The translations under genes and the position numbers were made by a program. Below the pieces are notes generated by a model. The model saw only the letters and a program-made list of their open reading frames with translations, had not been told where the DNA came from and did not search any database. A stretch of DNA of 64,000 nt, taken from the NCBI GenBank assembly GCA_045806705.1, contig JBJMIS010000026.1:1592-65591 (forward strand), read 5' to 3'. Shown here piece by piece: positions 9,711 to 19,937 of the stretch (its first letter is position 1; each line of letters starts with the position of its first letter). This DNA is from Friedmanniella sp. (GTDB taxonomy: Bacteria; Actinomycetota; Actinomycetes; Propionibacteriales; Propionibacteriaceae).

Positions 9711-12099
9711 GGTTCTTCCCGAGCGCCTTCGCCTCCCTGGCGGCGGCTCGGGACCCCCACAGGTCACCGCCGCGAAGCCGGGCGCCCGCGAGCGACTCCA
9801 GCGCCTCCCGAAGCGACGACCCGTACCCAGCCGGATCCGCCGCGGCGCGAGGTCGAAGCAGCTCGACGAGCTGCTCGTTGGCGGCTCGGGCGCTCCGCCG
9901 GTCGCCACGACCGAGGGCGTCCTGCCAGGCTGCGCGGGCGAGGGCGACGGCGTCCTGTTCCGGCGCCTCCTCGCCCCTGTCCTCGCCGCCCTCGAGCGGG
10001 CTCTCGCTCGGCGTGCTGGGGACGACTGCGGTCGTGATGTCCTGGGTGACGAACTCCGACTCCTCGTGCTCGGGCTCCGGAGGTGCCACGACCGGCTCCC
10101 CGCTGGGCAACGGCACCTGTTCGACCGGTGGAGCCTCCGCCGGGGACGGCTCCACCTCGGTCACTGACACCGCGGTGTCAGGCGGAGCGACCGCCTCCGG
10201 TGTCGCCGGCTGCACGGGCGCCCGATCGTCCTCGGCACGATCGGCGTCAGTAGCAACCTGCTCCGCGCGCTCGAGCTCGTCCAGCTCCGCCTGCAGCCGC
10301 TCCAGCTCGAGCCGCTCCAGCTCCAGGCGTTCGGCCTCAGCCCGGTCCGCTACCGGCAGGTCCTCCTCGCGTCGTGCGGCTTCGAGCTCCGCGCTCCGGC
10401 GTTCGGCCTCACGTCGCTCCACCTCCAGCCGGTGTGCCTCCAGGCGTTCCTCCCGTCGGCGCTTCCTCTCCAGGCGCTCGGCCTCCTCCGCGGCGGCACG
10501 TCGCTCGGCCTCGAGCAGCTGCGCCTGCTCGGCTGCTGCGCGTTCGGCCGCCATCCGGGCGGCGGCGGCACGGACGGCTTCGGCCCGCTCCGCCTCCCGC
10601 CGCTCGGCCTCGGCCCGGGCCCGCTCGAGACGCTCCAGCTCCAGACGGTGCGCGTCGGCCCGCTCCGTCTCCAGCCAGGCCGTCGTTCCGCGCCGCCATT
10701 CGGTTTCCTGGGCGCGAGCATCGGCAGGTGGGCTGGTCGCGCTCCACCGCTCCGGCGCATACCGGGCCGTGGCGGGCAGCGGTGACCAGCTCACCGTCTC
10801 CCGACCGCGGACCACCACCCCGCGCGCGAGATCCCGGACGGCGGGGCCTGCGTCCGCAGGGGCGAGCGGAGCCAGCAGCTCCGGGGCCAGCTGGCCGAAG
10901 GACTGCTCAGCCGCGGCGGCGCCGTCGACATCACCGTCAGCCCGGAGGGCCTCCGCCAGCGCCATCAGGATCAGCGCCTGGTCGGCCGACGGGGAGGCGG
11001 CTGGCGCCGTCGCCTGCAGCGGACGCAGCAGGGTCACGGCCTCGGCGGCCTGGCCGCTGGCAGTCAGGACGCGACCTCGTGTCGTCTGGACGACGGAGCG
11101 GAGAAGCTCCGCACCCGACCAGTCGAGCCCCATCCCTACCGCCTCGGCGGCTGCGGAGCCGGCCTCATCGAGGCGGTTCGCGGCCAGCAGGTCGTCCGCA
11201 AGATCGGCGAGTGCGGCTGCCAGCTGGAGGCGTGCTCGGTTACCCAGCCGAGGCGCCAGCCCTCGCAGCCGCTCGACCAGCGCGCGCCGCGTGACGAGGC
11301 CGAGGTCAACCTCACCGCTGTCGGCCAACCGGTCGGCCAGGTCTCGGTTCAAGCCGAAGAGCGGCTCGGCGAGGCGTTCCAGCAGGGCGGGGCTCAGCCG
11401 CCCCGGCTCATCCAGCCGTCCCGCCACCACAGCTTCGTACCGGTCCCGGGCGAGGTGAAGGAACGTGAGGGCTTCGTCCGCCCTCCCGGCTGCCCACCGG
11501 CAGTCCCCGGCGAGCAGGGCGACGTCCATGGCGACGTAGCCCAGATCGGGGTCGTCGCCTTGGGCCGGCTCGGGCAGCCACGCCAGCGCGGCGTCCGCGT
11601 GCCCGTTCGCCTCCGCGACGTCACCGGCGGCCAGGGCGGCCCGGGCAGTGGCCGACAGGGCCCAGATCGCCTCCTGCGGCTGCGGCGGCTGCTCGAGTCT
11701 CAGCTCGCCGAGCTGCTCGTGCAGGTCCTGGAGAGAGTCGATCGTGCGGCCGGCGGCCGCTGGTTGCCCCACGGCAGCCTGGATGGTCGCGAGCTGCACC
11801 ACTGCCACGACGTAGCGGGCCGCGTCGCCCGCTGAGGTGTACGGCCCGATCGGGCCGTTGGCGGTCAGCAGCTGCGCCGCCAGACGCACCGACTCCTGCG
11901 CGTCGGCTGCCGCCAGCGCGTACCCGTGCCCGCGAAGCCGGTGCCCGGTGAGCTCAACGAGGGCGTCGGCCAACTCAGGCGTGCGCGACGGGTCCGACCC
12001 GACCCAGCCGCGGAGTCGCTGGACCGACGACGCCAACGTCTTGGCGCGCCGAGCGTACGGGTCCTGCGGCTGCTTCGGGGCCTTCTGCTTCTGGTTCAT
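9700..12099 (-). CDS. Hypothetical 799-aa helical-repeat (TPR-like) protein with E/R/A-rich charged helix
   Basis: Long ORF with GC-rich third positions; Ala/Leu amphipathic repeats; EAERREAER-type region; acidic Pro-rich linker. Confidence 0.7.
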   Translation of the reverse strand: MNQKQKAPKQPQDPYARRAKTLASSVQRLRGWVGSDPSRTPELADALVELTGHRLRGHGYALAAADAQESVRLAAQLLTANGPIGPYTSAGDAARYVVAVVQLATIQAAVGQPAAAGRTIDSLQDLHEQLGELRLEQPPQPQEAIWALSATARAALAAGDVAEANGHADAALAWLPEPAQGDDPDLGYVAMDVALLAGDCRWAAGRADEALTFLHLARDRYEAVVAGRLDEPGRLSPALLERLAEPLFGLNRDLADRLADSGEVDLGLVTRRALVERLRGLAPRLGNRARLQLAAALADLADDLLAANRLDEAGSAAAEAVGMGLDWSGAELLRSVVQTTRGRVLTASGQAAEAVTLLRPLQATAPAASPSADQALILMALAEALRADGDVDGAAAAEQSFGQLAPELLAPLAPADAGPAVRDLARGVVVRGRETVSWSPLPATARYAPERWSATSPPADARAQETEWRRGTTAWLETERADAHRLELERLERARAEAERREAERAEAVRAAAARMAAERAAAEQAQLLEAERRAAAEEAERLERKRRREERLEAHRLEVERREAERRSAELEAARREEDLPVADRAEAERLELERLELERLQAELDELERAEQVATDADRAEDDRAPVQPATPEAVAPPDTAVSVTEVEPSPAEAPPVEQVPLPSGEPVVAPPEPEHEESEFVTQDITTAVVPSTPSESPLEGGEDRGEEAPEQDAVALARAAWQDALGRGDRRSARAANEQLVELLRPRAAADPAGYGSSLREALESLAGARLRGGDLWGSRAAAREAKALGKNLSR

Positions 12100-12429
12100 G
12101 CTGCCTCTGGTGTCGACTGGTCGCCCTGATCAGGGGCGACGGTCGGCTGCCGCTCACCACAGGTGCCTCGCCGCTGTTCGACGACCCCCCGACCCTAGTC
12201 GCCGACGGTCCTGTCGTCGGTGGCGTTCCTGCCGATGGGCGTGGAGGGCAGCCGAGAAGCTGGGTCGCCGGACGTGCGGGGCCGCACCACCGACTGACCC
12301 GATCGCGGAGTCGCATACTCCGTCGCCAGATCAACAAGGAGGACGATTGCTCCGCCGTTCCGACTTCCCGTTCTCCATCGGGTCAGGTTGTCAGTGCCGA
12401 CCCGAGGCCGAAACCATCAAGCCGCAGGC

Positions 12430-12771
12430 TCAGTGGCCGGCTGCTCGATACTTGTCGATGATCTCCTGCGAGATCCGCCCGCGCGAGGAGACCTGGAGAC
12501 CATTGGCTTCGGCCCAGGCCCGGACGGCCTTGTTGTCGATGCTGCTGGAGGGAGCAGGGCTGGCCGCGCCCCGACCCTTGCGCATGCCGCCGACGCGACG
12601 GGCGCTCGCGACGTAGACGCTGAGCGCGTCCTGGAGCTTCCGGGCGTTCTCGGGTCCAAGGTCGATTTCGTAGGAGGCCCCATCCAGAGAGAACGAGACC
12701 GTCTGTCCGTCCCCGTCGAGCTCAGTCCCATCGATGTCGTCGTAGACCTTGACAACCGTCTTCTGTGCCAT
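12430..12771 (-). CDS. lsr2: Lsr2 family nucleoid-associated protein
   Basis: MAQKTVVKVYDDIDG, TVSFSLDG.SYEIDL, VRAWAEANG.QVSSRGRI (RGR AT-hook). Confidence 0.95.
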   Translation of the reverse strand: MAQKTVVKVYDDIDGTELDGDGQTVSFSLDGASYEIDLGPENARKLQDALSVYVASARRVGGMRKGRGAASPAPSSSIDNKAVRAWAEANGLQVSSRGRISQEIIDKYRAAGH

Positions 12772-13282
12772 GGGTACTTCCCTTCGTCTTGAGTTGGGTC
12801 GTGGTGCCCGCCGTGCACCGGGCCCGTAACGTCGACTGTAGCGCGATCTGCAACTAATGGCGCCAGCCGGTTTTCGCATTGATCAAACTCCCGGGGGCCA
12901 AGAGAAAGTCTCTCGGAGCCGTCGAGTGAGAACCCTTCCAGTGACTTTCTCACCACGACAGGCTGCTCCGAGTGGACTGTCCAGGGGTGCCTGTGTCGGG
13001 AGTCGGCAAGGGGCTACCGGACCTGTTGGCTCTGCCGATCTCAACGATGGTGGGTGATTCTCCGGCCATTGGGCTGATTTTCCGACCGACCGCCGCATAG
13101 CGCTTTCGTATTCTGTCTGCCTTGCTTCTTCAGGGCGCTACCGCCGGGCCGCGATGAGCCGGTCAGCAGCGGGCGAGGTCGGGCCGGCAGGGGTGGCCGC
13201 CGACTGGAGCGGCGGTGTCAAGGCGGCGGTTCCGCCACCTTGCTCTAGCCTGTGACGGCACACCAACGGCGGAGGGGTCGTG

Positions 13283-14962
13283 ATGCAGAGGCTGCGCCGA
13301 CGCGCTGGTCGGATCGTTCGCCGGGTCCGGCGAACCCTGCTCGGCAAGGGCGCTGTTGCCAGCTCCGGGAACAGGAGACCGCACCGGCCACCCGCCAGAG
13401 TCGACCCGGTGCCCGAGCTCGAGCCGCTGCCGGACGCGCGCTACGTGATGCTGGTCGGCGCCATTCCACCCAACTATGGCGGGCGGACGGCGTCCATCCT
13501 CACGAAGTGCCGGCTGCTGAAGGAGATCGGCGGCGTCGACTCCACCATCGTCACCTTGAACTACGCACCGCGGTCGCGGGACATGTCCGCTGATCTCCGG
13601 CAACGGGGGCTGCTGGCCGACGGCGTCACGATCGTCAACCTGCATGAGTACCTGCGAGGCAGGGCCAATCCCGCCCCGGCCGTTCGGCACGATGTCGAGG
13701 AGCCCGGAATGGACGCGCTGCCGGACAAGAACCAGGAGGGGGTGTACCGCTACTTCGAGAACGGGGTGTACCGCCTCTACAAGCGCTTCGACTCCGAGGG
13801 CCGGCTGGAAGTTCGCGACTGGTTCAACAACAACCGCGCCCGGACCCGTCGTGAGGAGTTCAATCTGGACGGCACCATCGCGCGAACCACGTACATGGAC
13901 CTGCGCCGGAACACGCCACGACAGCAGGTCTTCTTCCGGGCCGACGGTTCGCCTTACCTCAACAAGTGGTTGGTTCCCGAGCCGGGAACTCGGAACAGCG
14001 TCGTGGAGCGGGTGACACTGCTGGATCACGAGGGTCGGCCGACCAAGGCGATGCCGGACGACGTCGCACTGGCCCAGCACTTTCTGGCCGAACTGGTCGG
14101 ACGTGACCGTGTCTTTCTTACCGTGGAGTCACGCCGCGCCGACCGGGAGACGCTCTCTTTCTCCCGGCCGAACGTGAAGCACCTCGTCGTGCTGCACAAC
14201 CCTCATCTCCTCGGCTCAGGCCGCGACCCCCAGCGGATCCGCCCCTCTTACCAGCCGATGTTCGACCACCGCGACGAGTTGGACGCGGTCGTGTTCCTGA
14301 CCAACGCCCAGCGCGCCGACGCGGAGGCCAATTTCGGTGAGCGGGAGAACTTCCGGGTCGTGCCGCATCCGATGAGGAGCGGCGTCGCCCAGGTGCCCTT
14401 CGAGCAGCGGGACCCGAACCTGGTGGTGATGCTGGCGCGCCTGGACCAGCAGAAGAGGGTGTCGCACGCCATCGACGCCTTCGCGCTGGTCGTTCAGGCG
14501 GTACCAGCGGCCCGGCTGGAGATCTACGGGCAGGGCGACGACCGGGCCGAGCTCGAGGACCAGATCGACCGGCTGGGACTGCGCGGTTCGGTCACTCTGC
14601 CCGGCTACACCACCGACCCCGGTGGCGTCTACGACCGGGCGGCGCTCTCCCTGCTCACCAGTAGGTACGAGGGTTACCCCCTCGTGCTGCTGGAGACGTT
14701 GGCCCACGGCTGCCCGGTGGTGGCCTACGACGTGAAGTACGGCGCGAGGGAGATCCTCTCCGACGACGTGAACGGGTACCTGGTCAAATCGGGGGACTAC
14801 CAGGCCCTGGCCCAACGCGTCATCGCGGTCCTGCGCGACCCAGCCCTTCGCCGGCGGTTGAGCGACCAGGCCGGGTCGCCACACCCCGAGTTCAGCGAGC
14901 ACACCTTCGTCGCCCGCTGGTCCAAGGTCTTCCGTGACCTGGACGAGCAGGGCTGGGGCTGA
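13283..14962 (+). CDS. GT4 glycosyltransferase, TagE/GtfA-like with beta-meander insert
   Basis: YGGRT N-motif, ARLDQQK, TSRYEGYPLVLLE (EX7E), YDVKYG; GGAGG RBS. Confidence 0.85.
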   Translation: MQRLRRRAGRIVRRVRRTLLGKGAVASSGNRRPHRPPARVDPVPELEPLPDARYVMLVGAIPPNYGGRTASILTKCRLLKEIGGVDSTIVTLNYAPRSRDMSADLRQRGLLADGVTIVNLHEYLRGRANPAPAVRHDVEEPGMDALPDKNQEGVYRYFENGVYRLYKRFDSEGRLEVRDWFNNNRARTRREEFNLDGTIARTTYMDLRRNTPRQQVFFRADGSPYLNKWLVPEPGTRNSVVERVTLLDHEGRPTKAMPDDVALAQHFLAELVGRDRVFLTVESRRADRETLSFSRPNVKHLVVLHNPHLLGSGRDPQRIRPSYQPMFDHRDELDAVVFLTNAQRADAEANFGERENFRVVPHPMRSGVAQVPFEQRDPNLVVMLARLDQQKRVSHAIDAFALVVQAVPAARLEIYGQGDDRAELEDQIDRLGLRGSVTLPGYTTDPGGVYDRAALSLLTSRYEGYPLVLLETLAHGCPVVAYDVKYGAREILSDDVNGYLVKSGDYQALAQRVIAVLRDPALRRRLSDQAGSPHPEFSEHTFVARWSKVFRDLDEQGWG

Positions 14963-14985
14963 CCGGGGAGGGAGCGAGGCGGCGC

Positions 14986-15162
14986 CTAGCTGCTGGGCTG
15001 CTCCAGGGGAGCGCTGCAGGGCGTCGTCTCCGGGTGGCCGGCGGGCAGGTCGCAGAGCAGGTCCCGCTCGCCCTCCTTGGCCACGAGCTTCCCGCACTTC
15101 GGCCCGTCGGTGAGGTGCACCTCGGGCAAGGCTTGGTCTGTGCGCTCCTCAGCAGTCATCAT
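14986..15162 (-). CDS. Small Cys/His-containing hypothetical protein (about 58 aa)
   Basis: MMTAEERTDQ...KCGKLV...LCDLPAGHPETTPC; G-rich RBS-like sequence upstream; GC-rich third positions. Confidence 0.55.
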   Translation of the reverse strand: MMTAEERTDQALPEVHLTDGPKCGKLVAKEGERDLLCDLPAGHPETTPCSAPLEQPSS

Positions 15163-15299
15163 CCGACCCCCCGTGACAGAAGCGGTCACCGTTGGCCGCC
15201 TGTGGTCCCACCGTAGATCGGCAGGTGGTGGACGGAGCGGACGAAGGATCAAGATCGGCCAAGTTCTGCTCGGCAAGGAAGAGGCGTGAGCGGCGGCTG

Positions 15300-16358
15300 T
15301 CAGGCCCCGACCTCAGGCTGGTGGGAGGCGTCCCGCAGCAGACCCACCTGCTCGAGCTCCTCGGCGAGCCCCGCCCCGTCCGGCGCATAGCGCCAAGGGA
15401 CACCGGAGGCGTTGCTCATCGAGTGCTCGCGGTTGGTGCTCCCGGCCAGCACCGCCTCGCTGGGACTCAGCTGACGGATGCAGACCGCACGGACCTGCTC
15501 CCGGTGGTTCTCGAGGAACTCGCTGTAGATGGCCTCGTCGTGCTGGCCGTCGTCACCGACGAGAAGCCACTTGATCTGCGGGAACTCCTCGGCCAGCCGG
15601 AGCAGGTTGTTCCGCTTGTGCTCCCTCCCGCTGCGGAACCACCGGTCCGCTGTCGGACCCCAGTCGGTGAGCAGCAGGGCGCCCGGCGGGTAGAGGTTCC
15701 GGGACAGGAACCGGGTCAGTGTCGGCGCGACGTTCCAGGCGCCGGTCGACAGGTAGATGACGGGTGCGCCGGTGTGCTGGCTGAGCAGCCGCTCGTAGAG
15801 CACCGGCATCCCCGGCGTGGAGGAGCGCGCGTGCTCGTTGACCACGAAGGTGTGCCAGGCCGCCAGCAGCGGGCGGGGGAGCGCTGTGACCATGACGGTG
15901 TCGTCGATGTCGGACACGAGCCCGAAGGTCGTCTCCGGTGCCACCACGAAGACGTCGGCGTACACGGGCGTCGAACCCTCGACCGAGAGCCCGATGCGCT
16001 GCCAGCCGGGCTGCAGATCGGCCTCCACGACGGCGTCGACGATGCCGCTGCGGTCAGCCGTGACGGTCGAGGTCTGGCCGTCGACGCTCACCACGACCTC
16101 GGCGTTCTCCACCGGGACGCTGGTGAAGCTGCGCCAGCCGCGGGCACCCGCCGGCTCGACCTCGGGTCGCTGCTGGTCACGGCTGAGCAGCACTCGCGCC
16201 AGCACCCGCACCCACGTCGTCGAGCCGTAGCCCGTGTACGGGATGACCACCGCCGTCTGCCCGGCCTCGCGCGCCCGGCGCGCCCGCCACCGCATGATCG
16301 CGTGATCCATGCGCATCGCCCGGTGGATGGGGGGTGAGGGGTCCGTCACCTGCGACAA
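15300..16358 (-). CDS. App1-like phosphatidate phosphatase domain protein (DUF2183, HAD fold)
   Basis: LVSDIDDTV, YLSTGAWN, LLLTDWG, LVGDDGQHD; exact start uncertain. Confidence 0.85.
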   Translation of the reverse strand: MSQVTDPSPPIHRAMRMDHAIMRWRARRAREAGQTAVVIPYTGYGSTTWVRVLARVLLSRDQQRPEVEPAGARGWRSFTSVPVENAEVVVSVDGQTSTVTADRSGIVDAVVEADLQPGWQRIGLSVEGSTPVYADVFVVAPETTFGLVSDIDDTVMVTALPRPLLAAWHTFVVNEHARSSTPGMPVLYERLLSQHTGAPVIYLSTGAWNVAPTLTRFLSRNLYPPGALLLTDWGPTADRWFRSGREHKRNNLLRLAEEFPQIKWLLVGDDGQHDEAIYSEFLENHREQVRAVCIRQLSPSEAVLAGSTNREHSMSNASGVPWRYAPDGAGLAEELEQVGLLRDASHQPEVGA

Positions 16359-16409
16359 CTTAGCGGGTGCGACGCGGCCGCTGAGGTCGCTGCCTGGGCG
16401 AGCCTCAGG

Positions 16410-17132
16410 TCACTCCGCGCCGCTGCGGCGCAGAACCTCGCTCAGCCGCTCGGCGGCCGCGATCACGGCCGGAGCGTGCAACCGCCCGGGCTGCCGCGAC
16501 AGCCGCTCGATCGGGCCCGAGACGCTGACCGCGGCGATGACCTTGCCCGAGGGCGATCGGACCGGGGCCGAGACCGAGGCCACGCCCGGTTCCCGCTCCC
16601 CGACCGAGTGCGCCCAGCCGCGGCGACGGACGGCAGCGAGGGCAACGGCGGAGTACCGGCTGCCGCGCAGGCCGCGCTGCATCCGGTCGGGTTCCTCCCA
16701 GGCGAGCAGCACCTGAGCGGCGGAACCGGCGGTCATGGTGAGCTGGGTGCCGACCGGGACGCTGTCGCGAAGCCCGGACATCCGTTCGGCCGTCGCGACG
16801 CACACCCGGTAGTCACCCTGACGGCGGAACATCTGCGCCGACTCACCGGTGATGTCACGGAGCCGCGCCAGCACCGGTCCTGCCGTGGCGAGCAGCCGGT
16901 CCTCCCCAGCGGCTGAGGCCAGCTCGCCCAGTCGGGGGCCGAGGATGAACCGGCCCTGCAGGTCACGGCTCACCAACCGGTGGTGCTCCAGCGCGACGGC
17001 GAGGCGGTGGGCGGTCGGGCGGGCGAGTCCGGTGGCCGAGACGAGGCCGGCGAGGGTGGTGGGTCCGGTCTCCAGGGCACTCAGCACGAGAGCGGCTTTG
17101 TCCAGCACCCCGACGCCGCTAGTGTTGTCCAT
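16410..17132 (-). CDS. ndgR: IclR family regulator NdgR/LtbR
   Basis: [13 protein letters not shown]...[18 protein letters not shown]; divergent from leuC as in other actinobacteria. Confidence 0.9.
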   Translation of the reverse strand: MDNTSGVGVLDKAALVLSALETGPTTLAGLVSATGLARPTAHRLAVALEHHRLVSRDLQGRFILGPRLGELASAAGEDRLLATAGPVLARLRDITGESAQMFRRQGDYRVCVATAERMSGLRDSVPVGTQLTMTAGSAAQVLLAWEEPDRMQRGLRGSRYSAVALAAVRRRGWAHSVGEREPGVASVSAPVRSPSGKVIAAVSVSGPIERLSRQPGRLHAPAVIAAAERLSEVLRRSGAE

Positions 17133-17146
17133 GCCTTGATATTGCC

Positions 17147-17163
17147 GTCTCGGATGCTGAAAC
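17147..17163. promoter_or_regulatory. Imperfect palindrome GTCTCGGATGCTGAAAC, likely NdgR operator
   Basis: Dyad in the short ndgR-leuC divergent spacer. Confidence 0.5.
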
Positions 17164-17246
17164 TCAAATTGGGACGGGCACGGTGCCGGGGCGACAGTGG
17201 AAGCGCTGGGAACGAGGGTTGCCGCGCCGGACGAAGGGAAGTCGTG

Positions 17247-18653
17247 ATGGGCAGGACGCTGAGCGAGAAGGTCTGGGACGCGCACGTCGTGCGGTCCGCG
17301 GAGGGGGAGCCGGATCTGCTCTTCATCGACTTGCACCTCGTCCACGAGGTCACCAGCCCGCAGGCCTTCGATGGTCTGCGCCAGGCGGGCCGGACCGTGC
17401 GCCGGCCGGACCTCACCCTGGCGACCGAGGACCACAACACCCCGACGCTGAACATCGACCGCCCCATCGCCGACCCGGTCTCGCGGACCCAGGTGGACAC
17501 CCTGCGGCGCAATGTCGAGGAGTTCGGCGTTCCCATCTACAGCCTCGGCTCGGCGGACCAGGGAGTCGTGCACATCATCGGCCCGTGGCTCGGCCTGACC
17601 CAGCCCGGGATGACCGTGGTGTGCGGCGACTCCCACACCTCCACCCACGGCGCCTTCGGGGCCCTGGCCTTCGGCATCGGCACCTCCGAGGTCGAGCACG
17701 TGCTGGCCACGCAGACGCTGACCCAGGCCAAGCCCAAGACCATGGCCGTGAACATCAACGGCGACCTGCCCCCGGGTGTCACCCCGAAGGACGTCGTGCT
17801 CGCGCTGATCGCGAAGGTCGGCACCGGTGGGGGTCAGGGCTATGTCGTGGAGTACCGCGGCAGCACCATCGAGAACATGTCGATGGAGGGCCGGCTCACG
17901 ATCTGCAACATGAGCATCGAATGGGGCGCCAAGGCGGGCATGATCGCGCCCGACGAGACGACCTTCGCCTACCTGAAGGGCCGACGGCACGCCCCGACCG
18001 GAGCAGACTGGGACGCCGCCGTGGAGTACTGGCGCACCCTGGCCACCGACGATGACGCCGTCTTCGACGCCGAGGTCGACCTGGACGCCACCCAGCTGAG
18101 CCCCTTCGTCACCTGGGGGACCAACCCGGGTCAGGGTGTCCCGCTCGCTGCCAGCGTGCCGGATCCCGAGACCTTCGCCGACGAGGCCGACCGCACGGCG
18201 GCCACCAAGGCGCTGGAGTACATGGGGCTGAAAGCCGGCCAGCCGATGCGGGAGGTTGCCGTGGACACGGTCTTCCTGGGCTCCTGCACCAACGGCCGGA
18301 TCGAGGACCTGCGGGCCGCAGCCCAGGTGATCGAGGGCAGGCACGTCGCCGACCATGTTCGGATGCTCGTGGTGCCGGGCTCGGCGCGGGTCCGGCTGCA
18401 GGCCGAGGACGAGGGGCTGGACATCATCTTCAAGGAGGCAGGCGCGGAGTGGCGTGCTGCCGGCTGCTCCATGTGCCTCGGGATGAACCCGGACCAGCTG
18501 GCCCCAGGTGAGCGGGCCGCGTCGACCTCGAACCGCAACTTCGAGGGTCGGCAGGGCAAGGGTGGCCGCACCCACCTCGTCTCACCGCCCGTGGCGGCCG
18601 CCACCGCCGTGCTGGGGACTCTCGGCGCACCCGCCGACCTGCAGGAGGTCTGA
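17247..18653 (+). CDS. leuC: 3-isopropylmalate dehydratase large subunit
   Basis: [47 protein letters not shown]. Confidence 0.98.
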   Translation: MGRTLSEKVWDAHVVRSAEGEPDLLFIDLHLVHEVTSPQAFDGLRQAGRTVRRPDLTLATEDHNTPTLNIDRPIADPVSRTQVDTLRRNVEEFGVPIYSLGSADQGVVHIIGPWLGLTQPGMTVVCGDSHTSTHGAFGALAFGIGTSEVEHVLATQTLTQAKPKTMAVNINGDLPPGVTPKDVVLALIAKVGTGGGQGYVVEYRGSTIENMSMEGRLTICNMSIEWGAKAGMIAPDETTFAYLKGRRHAPTGADWDAAVEYWRTLATDDDAVFDAEVDLDATQLSPFVTWGTNPGQGVPLAASVPDPETFADEADRTAATKALEYMGLKAGQPMREVAVDTVFLGSCTNGRIEDLRAAAQVIEGRHVADHVRMLVVPGSARVRLQAEDEGLDIIFKEAGAEWRAAGCSMCLGMNPDQLAPGERAASTSNRNFEGRQGKGGRTHLVSPPVAAATAVLGTLGAPADLQEV

Positions 18654-18655
18654 TC

Positions 18656-19255
18656 ATGGATGCCTTTCTCACCCACACAGGGACCGCGCTGCCGCTCCGT
18701 CGCAGCAACGTCGACACCGACCAGATCATCCCGGCGGTCTATCTCAAGCGGGTCACGAAGACCGGTTTCGAGGACGGCTTGTTCGCGGCCTGGCGTAACG
18801 ACCCCTCTTTCGTCCTGAACCAGCCGCAGTATGCGGGGGCGACGATTCTCGTCCCCGGTCCGGACTTCGGCACCGGGTCCTCCCGGGAGCATGCCGTCTG
18901 GGCCCTGCAGAACTACGGCTTCAAGGTGGTGATCGGCTCACGTTTCGGTGACATCTTCCGTGGCAACTCGGGCAAGGCCGGGCTGCTGGTCGCCGTGGTC
19001 GACCAGAAGATCATCGAGGAGCTGTGGGACTACATCGAGGCCCATCCCGCCGCGCCGATCACCGTCGACCTGCAGGAGCGGATGATCACCGCCGAGGGTT
19101 TCCAGACCTCGTTCGAGATCGACGACTACACCCGGTGGCGGCTGCTCGAAGGCCTGGACGACATCGGGCTCACTCTGCGCCAGGTCGACGCCATCGACGC
19201 CTACGAGAAGTCCCGACCGGTTTTCAAGCCGTCGACCACGATCGGCGCGGGATAA
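18656..19255 (+). CDS. leuD: 3-isopropylmalate dehydratase small subunit
   Basis: [24 protein letters not shown]. Confidence 0.98.
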   Translation: MDAFLTHTGTALPLRRSNVDTDQIIPAVYLKRVTKTGFEDGLFAAWRNDPSFVLNQPQYAGATILVPGPDFGTGSSREHAVWALQNYGFKVVIGSRFGDIFRGNSGKAGLLVAVVDQKIIEELWDYIEAHPAAPITVDLQERMITAEGFQTSFEIDDYTRWRLLEGLDDIGLTLRQVDAIDAYEKSRPVFKPSTTIGAG

Positions 19256-19272
19256 TCACTGCTGCACAAGGA

Positions 19273-19302
19273 TTGTCTACCGGGGCTGATTTCTTCTAGC
19301 GT
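19273..19302 (+). promoter_or_regulatory. Putative sigma-A promoter of hup (TTGTCT-N18-TAGCGT)
   Basis: -35/-10-like hexamers upstream of the HU gene. Confidence 0.45.
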
Positions 19303-19377
19303 GGGTCCGTGCCCGTCGTCGATCCCGACGACTCGGTTTTCCTGCTGTGGCGGAAGAACCGGCACGGAGAGGACACT

Positions 19378-19917
19378 GTGAACAAGGCAGAACTGATCGA
19401 GGCGCTCGCCCAGCACTACGACGGGAACAAGGCCGAGGCCAGCAAGGCCCTCAATGCCGTGGTGCAGACGATCACGTACGCGGCCGCGTCCGGGAACAAG
19501 GTGGCGATCACTGGCTTCGGGGTCTTCGAGAAGGTCGACCGGCCCGCGCGGCTGGTGCGCAACCCCCGCACCGGTGAGCGCAAGGAGGCGGCGGCCACGT
19601 CCGTACCCCGGTTCCGTCCGGGCACCGAGCTGAAGGCCTACGTGTCGGGGGAGCGGGAAGTCCCGGCCTCGGTTCCGACGATTTCGGTGCCTGCCACGGC
19701 GCCGACCCGGCGCGCCGCCTCGCGCAACGGGTCAGCTGAGGCCGTCGCCGTCACTGCCGACCCGGCTCCGCAGGCCGCCGCGGAGGTGGAGCCGGCCCAG
19801 GCCGGTGGCGCCAAGAAGAAGGACAGCAAGAAGAGCAGCAAGAAGGCGGAGTCGCTCAAGAAGGGCAAGCCGGACAAGAAGAAGAAGGATGGCAAGAAGG
19901 CCAAGTCCGTCAAGTGA
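19378..19917 (+). CDS. hup: HU family DNA-binding protein with Lys-rich tail (HupS/HupB-type)
   Basis: NKAELIEAL, ITGFGVFE, RNPRTGE, PRFRPG; GGAGAGG RBS; conserved position after leuD. Confidence 0.93.
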   Translation: MNKAELIEALAQHYDGNKAEASKALNAVVQTITYAAASGNKVAITGFGVFEKVDRPARLVRNPRTGERKEAAATSVPRFRPGTELKAYVSGEREVPASVPTISVPATAPTRRAASRNGSAEAVAVTADPAPQAAAEVEPAQAGGAKKKDSKKSSKKAESLKKGKPDKKKKDGKKAKSVK

Positions 19918-19937
19918 CCCCGTGGTTCCGGCAGGGA

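Noticed and set aside
10250-10700. DNA tandem-repeat-like tract
   Set aside because: Explained by low-complexity E/R/A coding in the 799-aa protein
12388-12410. TTGTCAGTG resembling the PafBC motif
   Set aside because: No -10 element at +8 (AGGCCG), points antisense into lsr2, and lies within a hairpin
16410-18575. 721-aa IclR ORF; likewise over-long starts for lhr, gluD, epimerase, lexA, kinase
   Set aside because: Extensions overlap neighbouring genes; true starts identified downstream
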